NCBI RefSeq assembly: GCF_006345805.1 | Contig: NC_043010.1 | Coordinates: 60,140,001 to 60,204,000 of the forward strand | Length of the DNA: 64,000 nucleotides | Direction: 5' to 3' | From: Octopus sinensis | Taxonomy: Eukaryota | In this document: piece by piece, positions 51,845 to 64,000 of the stretch | Layout: each line of letters starts with the position of its first letter | Position numbering within the stretch: the first letter of the stretch is position 1 | The notes under the pieces: model-generated | Databases searched by the model: none | Told to the model about the DNA's origin: nothing | The model's input: only the letters and a program-made list of their open reading frames with translations | Made by a program: the position numbers and the translations under genes

Positions 51845-52004
51845 ATAGACTGAAATATAATGATAATACATTAATGGATGGAACTTCCCAGACTATTCAT
51901 TATTTTTCAATTTTATAAACCAAAACATTTTGAACTGTTCAATTCTGTTCATCATCAAATGTGATATATGCTATATTTATGTATAAGTGTTCTGGTTGGA
52001 AACT

Positions 52005-52098
52005 GACTCACAGACCTACATTCTCATAGACAAACACTCACAGACCAACATTCTCATAGACCAACATTCTCATAGACCAACATTCTTACATTCTCATC
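52005..52098 (+). repeat. 16-bp minisatellite (gaccaacattctcata), about 4 imperfect copies
   Basis: Direct reading of the sequence. Confidence 0.85.
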
Positions 52099-52489
52099 CA
52101 TATAACCACGATCATGAGGCTTAATAGAGGGAATGGTAAGGTAAAAGTTTCATATTGCATTGCCCAAATGGACATGAAGCTAAATGTTGCTATTTAGACT
52201 GTCAGAATTGTTAGAGCATGGGACAAATTAACTTTTACAATTTATTTCAGATCTTTATGTTCCGAGTTCAAATCCTGCTGAGGTCAATTTTGCCTTTTAT
52301 CATTTTCCAACTTACTCAGCTGAGTAAATCTGACAACAATTTATAAACTAAGTGGACAAAGTTGTGCTTGAATAACACCCATAAATTTTTGCATGTAGCA
52401 AACTATTAAATATGCAATATATTGTTTGTTTAAAAATTCTTTGTTGACCAGTGAGAACAGTCAAAATCAAAATGAAAATGAAAATCAAA

Positions 52490-52927
52490 CCAAATCAAAT
52501 CAGATATCAGAAAGCAGAACCAAAATTGAGGTCAATCAACATCAGTGGAAGTTGCAGCTGTGGTTAAGTGAACCATCCGATCGTGGCCATTGCCGGCGCC
52601 GTCCCGTCTGGCCTCCGTGCTGGTGGCACGTAAAAGCACCATCCATTCGTGTCCGCTGCCAGCCTTGCCTGGCCCCCGTGCTGGTGGCACGTAAAAGCAC
52701 CATCTGTTCGTGGCCGTTTGCCAGCTCCGTCTGGCACCTGTGCGGGTGGCACGTAAAAAGCACCCACTACACTCACGGAGTGGTTGGCATTAGGAAGGGC
52801 ATCCAGCCGTAGAAACACTGCCAGATCTGACTGGGCCTGATGCAGCCTTCCGGCTTCACAGACCCCAGTTGAACCGTCCAACCCATGCTAGCATGGAAAA
52901 CGGACGCTAAATGATGATGATGATGAT
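52490..52927 (+). mobile_element. RTE-tailed SINE with 3-4 internal units of about 60 bp
   Basis: Repeated gtgctggtggcacgtaaaagcaccatc units, ccaacccatgctagcatggaaa and a (GAT)n tail. Confidence 0.9.
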
Positions 52928-53119
52928 ATGTAATTTTAAGGAGGGGCAATTATAACTGTCCTAGATTATATTAATTTTAGAATATCATTACAATAAATTT
53001 AATAAGCTGACCTGCCAACTCTTGTTATTCCAGATTGAAGATGGCTGAAACAGTACTTTGAACACGCCCAACTAAACACCGTTTGTCACAGCTGACTAGC
53101 TTTCAGAATGCATTTGGGT

Positions 53120-53690
53120 CATTTGGAAGATTTCTATGCTATGTAAAGCTTTGTGTTGAACTGGGTAAAATACTACAGAAATTTATGATGTTCCAGACTG
53201 CTTATGGTTAAACTTTTTCACTGACACAAGTGGTTCAAGGATGGTTGAGAGGAGTTAAGAAACAATGAGAGGTGTGAATGGATGGGGATGTCAGAACATC
53301 AGAGATGATTCAGAAAATTCACAATTTTCTGGATGAAGACTGTTTTGTATCTATAAAGATAATAAGCATAGTTTGGAGTCAGTATGGCAACTGCACATGG
53401 AATTATTTATGAAGATCTGAACATGAACAAAATTTGTGCAGTGCACCAGTCCACAATTCTATCTTGGTCACCAACTGCTTGACAGAGATGGTTATCAAAA
53501 CTGTCCTTCACCCACCCTACAGTCCAGACCTTGCTTCCTGTGAATTTTAGTTGTTCCCCAAACTGAAAGAGAACCTCAGGGACAGTCATTTTAAAGACAT
53601 TGAGAAGATGAAGGAGGCTGTGACAAGGGTCTTTTTGGAGGACTTACATGGGTCCCTCACAAAGTGGCTAAAGTTGGGAAACATGTCCTC
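53120..53690 (+). mobile_element. Internally deleted mariner remnant
   Basis: IYEDLNMNKICA, HPPYSPDLASCEF*LFPKLKENLRDSHFKDIEKMKEAVTR. Confidence 0.85.
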
Positions 53691-54229
53691 CCTGGATTTA
53701 ACAAACACCTGGGATGCTGTTATTGAAGTAATGGAACTTTTCTTTCAAGGTTTCATATATGAAACATTAAAACAAACTTAGCTTTCTAATTTCTCCTGTT
53801 GATAAAGGAATAGCAAAGAGGGTCCTTCTAAAACAACTGAAACGTTTTTTGAAGACAAATGAATTAACTTGTACAAGCATTCTTAACAAAAAGTATAATG
53901 CTAATATAAAAACAGCAATGACTAGTAACAAAAATACGAATATGAGAGTGTAAAAATTAATCTTTCAATTACAAATTATCTTCTTTTAGTTTTCTAATGA
54001 GATGAGCTGTCCCAGTCAAAGAGTAGTAATGAAAAACAGAGTCAAAACAGTTCAGTGACTTGGGAAGAAAATTCTATTTATATATATATATCATTGATCA
54101 CTTTTAAAAATAAAAATAGCTTATGTCTCATATATGAGTGTATCTAAACATTTTTGCTTATGCATTTGCTACCTTTATACATACATCTCTCACACTGTCT
54201 CTCTTTCTCTCTCTCTGTATATATATATA

Positions 54230-54986
54230 TATAATCAAAAAAAAGGCTGCAACAATCCTATGTGAGGGAGAAAGCAGACAAAAAAGCCTGGGTTATAAAA
54301 AACATTAAGTCAACCCGAAGGCGTTCTTTCATTACACGAAAGAAACAGCCTTAGTACACTGCAAGATAGGACCCCTCCTTCAAAAAGGTGGCTCCCTCTC
54401 AGACAGTCCAACTAAGATCAGTGAGATACTGAATGACCAGTTCAAAAGTGTCTTTACCACCCCATTGGAACACAGACAAGTGAACAAACCAGTGGACTTC
54501 TTTGCCACCTCACCTATAACCAGCAAGACAGTTACAATGGAATACATTGACATTAGCGAAGAAGATATACTACTAGCCATAGATGAAGTGGACACAAACT
54601 CAACTGCTGGTCCTGATGGTTTCCCAGCAATCCTCCTCAAATCGTGTAAGCATGCCCTGGCAAAACCCCTCAAGATTCTCTTCCAGAGCTTTCTTACAAA
54701 TGGCAAACTGCCAAGCAAGCTGAAGGAGGGAATAATATGCCCAATACATAAAGGGGGAAGTAGAGCAGATGCCAAAAACTATAGGCCTATCTCTCTGACT
54801 TCACACATCAGCAAAGTCATGGAACGGATAGTCAGAAAGAAACTAATCGCTTTCCTTGAAGAAAATAACTTGCATGGTTTTCGACCAGGTAGAAGCTGCC
54901 TGACCCATCTCTTACAACATAAAGACTGGATGTTGAGGCAGTTACTGAACAAATCAAATGTGGATGTAATATACCTTGATTTTGCT
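54230..54986 (+). mobile_element. CR1-clade LINE, N-terminal part of RT
   Basis: TAGPDGFPAILLK, IICPIHKGGSRADAKNYRPISLTSHISKVMERIV, HGFRPGRSC and VDVIYLDFA. Confidence 0.92.
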
Positions 54987-55430
54987 GATGCACTGCTGTT
55001 TTGCTACACTGTTATTACTAAGAGCCTCCTCTAATATGTCGCACTTGGTGAAGCATGGAGTTTGATATAGCTACCCTCATTTGCACCTCTTGCCGTTAGG
55101 TAGGTTCATGTGGGACTCTTGACAGGAAGAGGTCCAGCTTTGATTTAAAAACCGCTACATCTACTTTGTGCAAGTTCCTCAGACTCTTTGGGAGAATATT
55201 ACAAAGCTGTGGGCCCTTGAAACCCAGGCTGTTGCAGTAACTGGTCCTGAAGTGTGATGGCATTGCTGTGACCTTTGGCACTATGCAGTGTCATCCCGTT
55301 CTGGTATTGGTGTAGCTTTCAATGCCAAAATTTGGCACAATTCCTTCCAGGATCTTCCAGATATATATTACTGCATGCCTCTCCTGTCTTCTCTCCAGGG
55401 AGTAGAGTCTTAACTGTTTCAACCTTTCCC
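54987..55430 (-). mobile_element. CR1-clade LINE 3' end in the opposite orientation
   Basis: ERLKQLRLYSLERRQERHAVIYIWKILEGIVPNFGI and NSLGFKGPQLCNILPKSLRNL..VFKSKLDLFLSRVPHEP. Confidence 0.85.
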
Positions 55431-56099
55431 TGCATATGCAGACAGAGGGAAGAGAGAAGTACAAGAAAGGAGACAGAAACAGGTGTGGTGATGTGAAGGA
55501 AATACTTGGTTACCTACCCAGAGGGGAAGGCAAGAAAAGGGGAGAGAGAGTGATCAAGAATGAGGGCAGAAACAGGTGTGCTGCTGTAGAGGAGATATGT
55601 GGGGACCCAGCCTGAGGGAAGAGCAGGGGAAAGGAAAGAGAATGGGAAACAGCAAAAGTGCAGGAGAGAACAGGAGAGAGAGAGATGGTGTGATGTGCTA
55701 GGGTGTAGTCACAAGTAACAAGGTTCAGAGAATAGATGGGATGGAAGAATAAGGAAGAGAGAAATAAATGTGGAAATTGCCACAGCATGCCCTCAAGATA
55801 CAGACATCATAATATATGCAACCAGGTGTTGCTAAGAAGGCATGAGTAGGGAGTAGGGATTGTAGTAGCTGGTGAAAACCTGGGTATAAAGATGAGGTAG
55901 GGAAAAGCAGCAATACAGTGAGCAGGGCAGTAAGGGCAGGGAAAGGGAGTGGGAGACAATCATAGTGTATGAAGAGGAAATGTGAGGAAGAGAAAGATGC
56001 AGTTTAGAAGAGGAGATGTTGTTCAGTTTCTTGGGGTAGGATGTGTGAAAAGTTTATTGTTACATGTGGGTGGAACGCATAACACTTCTAGCACTCAGT

Positions 56100-56690
56100 T
56101 TCACAGATGTGGGTGGATCTTCTCTAGAACCTCATATCACCAGACATCTTGGTCCATTGTCATTTCCTATGTGAGCCTAACATCCTGAGGTTGGTTCTCA
56201 TCACTTCATCTCACGTTTTCTTGGATCCCCTTCTTCCACAGGTACCATCCACTGTCAGCAACAGGCACTTCTGTATACAGCTTGTCTTTACTCATAAGCA
56301 TCACATGTCCAAACCAACGCATCCTCCTCTCCAGCATGCCACATTTAATTCCTAAGTCTCAGCACAATTGCATTTTGTTGGTCATGCACACTAATGCTGC
56401 AAATGAAGCATACTGCCTTCATTCTTCTCCAGTCTATGCATGTCCTCTGAATCCAGAGCCCATGTTTCACTAGCATGGAGTATAGACATTCATACACAAT
56501 CTACATTTCACTTTGAGAGGGAGTCCTTCTGTTGTCAACAGAAAAGTAGCTGTCTCAGCTTCCTCCATCCTATTTTTATTCTAAAAACAATACTTTCAGA
56601 GTATCCACCAGTAACTAATTGGTTACCTAAGTAGCACAAACTATGCACTAACTCAAGGGAGCCTCCTGAGCATTAGAGATTAGAAGACAT
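56100..56690 (-). mobile_element. Degenerate RTE 3' fragment
   Basis: Similarity to 38290-38760 (ttctcatcacttcatc.cacgttttcttggatcccc..ccatccactg..ggcacttc; gaaagctgagacag..tgacaacag..ctctcaaagtgaaa). Confidence 0.65.
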
Positions 56691-56915
56691 ATGGTATAGA
56701 CCTTATAGCTTACCAGTAAAGCACATTCACTTTCGCAGTGTTCATTGTGTATTTGGTTAATGAAAGAGATGGAAGATGGAATACAAATGGAGAAACATTG
56801 TAGTGGTTTTTGAGTTTCTCCTTTCTTCTGTCTCTCTCATTAACCATATATATATATATGTGCATCAAATAAACTGATGTCTATACATCAGTTTCTCCAT
56901 TTTCTTTTTCTAGTA

Positions 56916-56956
<41 letters not shown>

Positions 56957-56964
56957 CTTTATGG

Positions 56965-57251
56965 GAATTTTTTGCGTAATGAGATAAAAAACCAAGGCTG
57001 TATAGATATTAGAACATTTATAGATGGAAGGTCTTACAGCTGTTTCCAGGATATTTATTAATTATATCCCTTCATCGGAGTCGGTGTGAGAGGATAGTTA
57101 TTACTTATTATTACTTAACCATCCTCTCACACAGACTCCAATGAAGGGATATAATTAATAAATATCCTGGAAACAGCTGTAAGACCTTCTATCTCTAAAT
57201 GTTCTAATATCTACACAGCCTTGATTTTATATCTCATTACGCAAAAAATTC
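56965..57251. mobile_element. Palindromic (MITE-like or inverted pLTR-like) element with about 136-bp arms
   Basis: 56965-57100 is the imperfect reverse complement of 57116-57251; AT-rich spacer; sits next to (TA)n. Confidence 0.9.
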
Positions 57252-57849
57252 TTATATTCACACGCTGACATATGACCAACGTTGAACCCCTTATTTGCAA
57301 AATCACAGAACCTGGAACTTAACTATGGTCTATCTATAGCACTTATTCGGCATTACCTGACACCTTTGTGTCTCAATGACACCCTTAATGTCCATTTTCC
57401 ATGCTGGGATGGGTTTGATGGTTTGAGAGGAGCTGGCCAGTTGAAGAGTTGCCCAGGCTCCATGTCTGCTTTGGCATGGTTTCTATGGCTGGATGCCCTT
57501 CTTAATGCAAACCACTTTACAGAGTGTACCAGGTGCTTTTAGATAGCCCCAGCATAGGTGCATTTATGTCGCACAGTATCAATGCTTGTTATGTGGAACC
57601 CAGCACCCATGAGCTTGCAAGGTTAGGAATGCTCAGCTGGAGACGGATGCAAGAGACACATGGCCTGTAGGCAAGGGCAACCATGCTTTTTACTTAGCTT
57701 GACATGTCCTTTCAAGCATAGAAAACTGCCAGGTGTCTCAGTCCCCTATCATCCCCTCTGTGAGCCCCAACGTCTGTAGATCCTTTCTCACACTTCATCC
57801 ACATCTTCCTCGGTCTATCCGTTACACACACACACACAAGGACACAGAC

Positions 57850-57887
<38 letters not shown>

Positions 57888-58824
57888 CATATAGTTTACT
57901 ATGTTTTATTCTGTGTTGTTGGAGTCAGTTTCTTTTAAATGCAGAGAGAAAAAGAAAAAGACTCAATTTAGGATGAACAATAAAAATACATAAAATGCAA
58001 CTTTAGAGAACCAATCTCGCAGAATAAAAGGATTTGATTTTTTTTATCATGTTCTTTTTTCAAAGATATTTCAAGTTTTCCTTTCAAATATAGTTTATAC
58101 ATACTTTTAAATATATAAGATGGCAGGGGTTTGAGGGACAACAATACATGAAATTTTTCGCTCAGTATATAGACTCTTAAAGGTCATATCTAATTTTTAC
58201 CACATTGGAAAAGAAATAGAATTAATAAAATGGATATGAATAAACTAATTCAAAGAAAGCATGAATGCTCTCCACATTCATTAAAACCTGTGTGTTTCTG
58301 TGTGTATATTCATATTTTTTGCATATATATATGTGTGTGTGTTTGTGTATACATACATACATACATACACCAGATATTTGTAAAAGATTTGAAGTGTATA
58401 ATGTGAATGTATGTGTGTTTAGTATATTTATGAGAGTGGTATTTGTTAAGCTTGTGCAGCTAAACCAACATCATATAAAATAGTGAATAAGAAAGAATTA
58501 TCATTCACTGAGTTAGAAATATTTGGGAAATTGCATGAATTATTAAACAGCTGAACTGCAATTACTGATGTAAAGAAGTTAAAATAAACATATATAAAAA
58601 GAAACCCAAAAGCCACTACAATGTTTCCCATCTGTATTCCTCAGTTCTGTAGAAGAAAGATAGAAGACAGTTGAAAATGAAAAATAAATAATGTATGAAA
58701 TAATTATTTCCCTAACTGGAAGGGAACATGAAATATTGATAGTTCTTTTGCTTTCCCACACACACACACACACATTTTATTTATTTCTAGCTCAAAATGA
58801 GATATTACTGAATCTCTCAGTAAT

Positions 58825-58878
<54 letters not shown>

Positions 58879-59459
58879 GTATGTATGTATACCCACACAA
58901 GCACATGCATTATACATATACACACAACAGTAAGAAATACTCTTCCCGGAAACTCAATTTTTGAGAAATGTCTTGAATTTAAAAAATGATACCTGAAAGA
59001 ATGATTTTTATTTTTATTTAAAAATTACCAATCTTATTCTTATCATATTGGGAGAAGGAAAGTAATCATTTCTCTTCTTTGGAGAAATTTATGTTTCAAA
59101 ATTCATTTGTACTAAACTGTTTCTTTCCATCTACATTATAGTATGTCATTAGGAATAACACATTTAAATATATCCAATGTGCTTATCTATCTTATTTATT
59201 CACTTTCTCAAACACAGACTCAACCACACTCACATGCATATATGTTCACTTAGATGTGCACAAATAATAGTGATATTTTAGAGCTATCAAGTGTGTTTTG
59301 TTAAACTAATATATATATATATACACACATGCATACACAAACTTTCATGGGAATTAGCTGTGTAAAAGATAAATGATTTGATTGGTTCAACTATGTGGGT
59401 GTAAGAGATTTCATAAGAGAAGCTGAAAGTGTTGGATTGATGCTTCTAGTATCTTTCAG

Positions 59460-59645
59460 TACCAATCACAATCAACCAGTCAGAGGTTAACACTAACAGA
59501 CTTTCTCACTCAATCACAGATTCAAAAGTTACACACAGAGTATAGGCTTTCACCAAGTCATGATACAGACTTTCAAAGATCAGGACACTGCCCTAACAGT
59601 AAAGCCTTTCATTGGGATATGTTGCCTACCATAGTTCAAAACTAA
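59460..59645 (+). CDS. Candidate terminal exon YQSQSTSQRLTLTDFLTQSQIQKLHTEYRLSPSHDTDFQRSGHCPNSKAFHWDMLPTIVQN*
   Basis: Acceptor ttctagtatctttcag|; 61 open codons in non-repeat sequence; absent from the ORF track because it lacks a start codon. Confidence 0.35.
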   Translation, partial: YQSQSTSQRLTLTDFLTQSQIQKLHTEYRLSPSHDTDFQRSGHCPNSKAFHWDMLPTIVQN

Positions 59646-61388
59646 GGATAAAACAAAATGAAAGTAAGTTTTTACATTTATTTTTTAATTTTATTTCATA
59701 TATTTACTTTTCCTACTTTAAACATTCAAACTGGGGAAAATGTTCAGAATCATATAAGTATCTCTGACTTTTCAGTTAAATGCATTCTCACATAGAGTGC
59801 TTTTAAACAACTAAAAAAATAAAATAATTTCACAGAATCTATATGTAACATTCATTTTTGAAGTGAATAGAAATTAATGAAATTTCTCTAACTCTTTAAG
59901 AATAGGAAAATATTAAATAATAAAAGCTTTCCACATGAATTTGTTGAGAAAGAGGGAGTGCTATGTTATTATAGGGAAGTTTACAGAAAACTATCTGTCA
60001 TACCAGATCTTAAGGAGATTTTTCCCTTATTGGCTGTTGGGGATGTTTATTGATTTACTGTAATATAAGTCTTCATAGAATTCAGTCTCATTGTGTAGCT
60101 AGCCTGAGGCTTTGTTTGAGTCAGAAAGACTTAACAATAGAGCATCAGTGATACAAAGAGTAGGATTCATGAAATCCACACTGAGGTCATGAAACCTGAC
60201 AGAGTTCTATAGATTGTAAGGAAAGGACTCTCTTGCTAGTGTTAGATATTGCAGTCTCCTATAATGTAATCATAGCTTTCATTGACAGCTGGGAGATAGT
60301 CAATCAAAATGGCCGACATTGGGAATTCTATTTAATCAATACTCTGTTAAAATAAAACACGGAACTTTTATCTGATATTTCTTTAGAAAGCTGAAATACT
60401 ATATTAGTTTATAGATGCCCATTGATCAGTAAATTCTGATAATGTAAAATAAAATCAAAAATGTATTTCACTGTAAATTTATAGAATTTTATACAATTTA
60501 TCATTGAATTACTCAAGCCAAAATTAACAATTGACTAGAGCTAGGTCTGACATTCTGAATAGTTCTATACAATAGATTGAACCATATATCAAAGACTAGT
60601 TGGCGTGTTGAAAATAATAGTGGCTAAAGAATATCTTGTTTCTAATCAGAGAATTGAAAGAATATTGCGTTTCGATAGGAAATTAATTAAAGTCAGATAA
60701 AAGGTGACTAATTAAAAGTTAACAGGAAATCACGTGTAGATATTTTTATAGTTCTGTTTAGGGGTTGTGTATATATGTTTTGTTTCTATTAATGCAAATA
60801 TACATTTTCACATGTTTAAAGTTTATAGCAATAAATGTGGACCTGTTTATGCACAAGTATGTTAGGATGAATAAATGTATTTGTCTATAAACTATGTATC
60901 ATATCTATGGAACAGATATTTAAATAATTATATGTATATATATATATATATAAGCTTGAGTTGTGCATATATGCACACACATTCTTATATATAAAAATAA
61001 GGTTATATTTATACCTATAGGTGCATTTAGAGATGTATATAGACATGTTGGTGTGTGTGTATGTATATGCATGCATTGATGTATACACACACACATATAT
61101 ATATATATGAAGATACATACAGATACACATATATCAATGTTTGTTTTTATGTTCAGTTATAATAAAAACAATTTCATATTAATCTGTAGGGTTACTCTAT
61201 ACTTAAACAAGAATGTTACTGACAGTGACTTCGAAGGTTCAGCTTACTAAGCCATCATTTGACTCTTAGCTGACTGAAACTTCAAAGTCACTGTTTAAGA
61301 GTATGTGCAGATAGACATACATATGCATGCATATGTATACACACGCACACGTATATACACACTCATATTCATACACATATATATTGTG

Positions 61389-61428
<40 letters not shown>

Positions 61429-62101
61429 GTATGTGTGTGTCTGTTGTCATGGGCTGGATGGATTAACAGGATTCAATATGTTCAAGAATTCCAACATGCT
61501 CCAGTGTCAACTTGGCCTGGTTTCTACAGAGGGATGCCCCTCCTAAAACCAAACACTTTACGACATGTATTGGGTGTTCTATCATGACACCAGCCCTTGT
61601 CAGGTTACTATGCAGCTTAGAAGACTACAAAATCAAGGCAGAGATGAGGTGGCTTTAAATGGAGAGGAGTGACAAGTAAGTTTGTGCTGTAAAGGAGTTG
61701 CATGGTTACTCAGATTTGGAGGAGAAGTTAAAGACTGATCAGTAGGACTGGGAAATCCTGGTAGCTCCTCAACATACAAGGTGAGTAGAAATGAGTTGGA
61801 ACTAGGAGAGTGGGTGTGTGGAAATGTGCAATTGTACTGGGGCAGCAAGAAATGGGAGAATAGGAGGTAAACAAATATAAAGACTGGGTAAGTTTGAAGT
61901 TTGGATGTAGGCAGTTCACTGTTACTTGACAATTTTCGTTTGCTATTGATATATATTTAACTTTTTTGATGCTCTATATATATGAGAGATACCACATTGA
62001 GATGAACTAATGAATTAGGCTTTCTGTGGTGTATCCACATTAAATATTACACACAGCTTGCTACATGTGCATGCATATATATATATATATACATGTGTGT
62101 G

Positions 62102-62140
<39 letters not shown>

Positions 62141-62147
62141 CTTTTAT

Positions 62148-62570
62148 TCTTTTACTTGTTTCAGTCATTTGACTGTGGCCATGCTGGAGCACTGCCTTAC
62201 AGGGATTTTAGTTGAATAAATCGATGCCAGGACTTTATTCTCTGTAACCATAGTACTAATTCTATTGGTCTCTTTTGCTAAATTCAAAGTTACAGGGAAT
62301 TAAACACAACATCAGTTGTCAAGCTGTGGTAGGGGCTACAAACACAAGACACACACACAAATATATACATGTGTGTGTGTGTGAATATATATATATATAT
62401 GTCTATATATACGTATATGTATATGAAGAGTTTCTTTCAAGATCCATCTACCAAATCCACTCACAGGGCCTTGGTCAGCACAACACTATAGTAGAAGACA
62501 CTTACCCAAGGTGCAATGAAGTGGAACTGAACCCAGAGCAATGTGTCCAAAAGTAATCTACTTACTACAC
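62148..62570 (-). mobile_element. tRNA-derived SINE (50.2 kb family)
   Basis: tcttttacttgtttcagtcatttgactgtggccatgctggagcac...gaagacacttacccaaggtgc. Confidence 0.8.
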
Positions 62571-62589
62571 ACATACGTGTTCACACATA

Positions 62590-62689
62590 TTCTGAATGAA
62601 TAGATGTGCATGCACAATAACATATATACGGATATATAGATATACATATATATGCATATATATCTATGCTTATATATATATATACATAT

Positions 62690-62742
<53 letters not shown>

Positions 62743-62751
62743 TATACATAT

Positions 62752-62794
<43 letters not shown>

Positions 62795-62811
62795 TATATA
62801 CATATACATAT

Positions 62812-62854
<43 letters not shown>

Positions 62855-62865
62855 TATATACATAT

Positions 62866-62916
<51 letters not shown>

Positions 62917-62989
62917 CATATATATACATATGGATATATATATATATTATATATATATATATATATACTATATATATACATATACATAT

Positions 62990-63030
<41 letters not shown>

Positions 63031-63047
63031 TATATACATATACATAT

Positions 63048-63127
<80 letters not shown>

Positions 63128-63225
63128 TATATATATATAGCATATGCATAATATATGCTTATATATATGCACATATAAATATGCTTATATATATATATGT
63201 GTGTATATATATGATGATGATGATG
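62590..63225. repeat. Compound (TA)n satellite with a higher-order unit of about 55-65 bp
   Basis: CATATGGA recurs about 7 times between (TA)n runs. Confidence 0.95.
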
Positions 63226-63230
63226 ATGAT

Positions 63231-63627
63231 ATTCTTTTATTCTTTTACTTCTTTCAGTCATTTGACTGCGGCCATACTGGAACACCGCCATTAGTCGAGC
63301 AAATCAACTCCAGGACATATTCTTTGTAAGCTTAGTACTTATTCTATTGGTCTCTCTTGCCGAACCACTAAGTGATGGGGACGCAAAGACATCAGCATCG
63401 GTTGTCAAGTGATGCTAGGGTGACAAAAACAGACACACAAACATATACACACACACACTTATATATACAACGGGCTTCTTTCAGTTTCCGTCTACCGAAT
63501 CCACTCAAAAGGATTTAGTCGGCCTCAGGCTACAGTAGAAGACACTTGCCCAAGATGCCATGCAGTTGGACTGAACCCAGAACCATGTGGTTCGTAAGCA
63601 AGCTACTTACCACACAGCCACTCCTAC

Positions 63628-63630
<3 letters not shown>
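63231..63630 (-). mobile_element. tRNA-derived SINE (50.2 kb family)
   Basis: Near-identical to 50195-50610. Confidence 0.85.
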
Positions 63631-63692
<62 letters not shown>

Positions 63693-64000
63693 TTAAAGAC
63701 CCCTTTGATCATGAATGCCCATGGAATTGCACCTAGAAAGTTCCACTATGTGGCACAAGTCTGGGCAAGGTTGTTTATGGAAGGCCAGTGGTCACCCATA
63801 CATAGCAGACTCTCCCCTCTCCATGTCACCGGTGTTATTCAAGGGAAAGGCAAAGGGGCCAATACAGCTTGGCACCTGTGATGTTGCAACTCATTTCTAC
63901 AGCTGAGTGAACTGGACATCCTTGTTGCTTATTTTGATATATATATATATTTTAATATGTATGTATATATAGATAGATATGTATGTATATATATATATAG

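Noticed and set aside
54230-55430. Twin-priming 5' inversion as the explanation for the CR1 structure
   Set aside because: The segments converge, whereas twin priming yields divergent segments.
62558-63329. Long ORFs rich in Y/I (up to 232 aa) on both strands
   Set aside because: They are translations of (TA)n repeats, which lack stop codons.

Overview
AT-rich, intron-like eukaryotic DNA, dominated by microsatellites and transposons. The repeat families look like those of an octopus or coleoid cephalopod, but this is inferred from recalled families and not verified. There is no prokaryotic-style gene system and no CRISPR array. Recognisable content: RTE LINEs (one family with a PHD finger inside the RT region; a second BovB-like family), CR1-clade LINE pieces, R4/Dong-like LINE pieces ending in (TAA)n, three Penelope-like element (PLE) remnants with RT and/or GIY-YIG, three mariner (DD34D-type) remnants, one maT (DD37D) remnant, and many tRNA-derived or RTE-tailed SINEs. 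A phase-compatible chain of short + strand exons may belong to an unidentified host gene with very long introns (low confidence). The most interesting signal is a set of non-coding inverted-repeat elements (8.2-8.6 kb, 33.7-33.8 kb, 57.0-57.25 kb) and a PLE terminus (34.0 kb) carrying minimal hammerhead-ribozyme-like motifs. One of them is a tRNA-head SINE with a hammerhead-like tail. All these motifs deviate from the canonical core in these copies, so activity is unproven. The window also holds several large fold-back structures.
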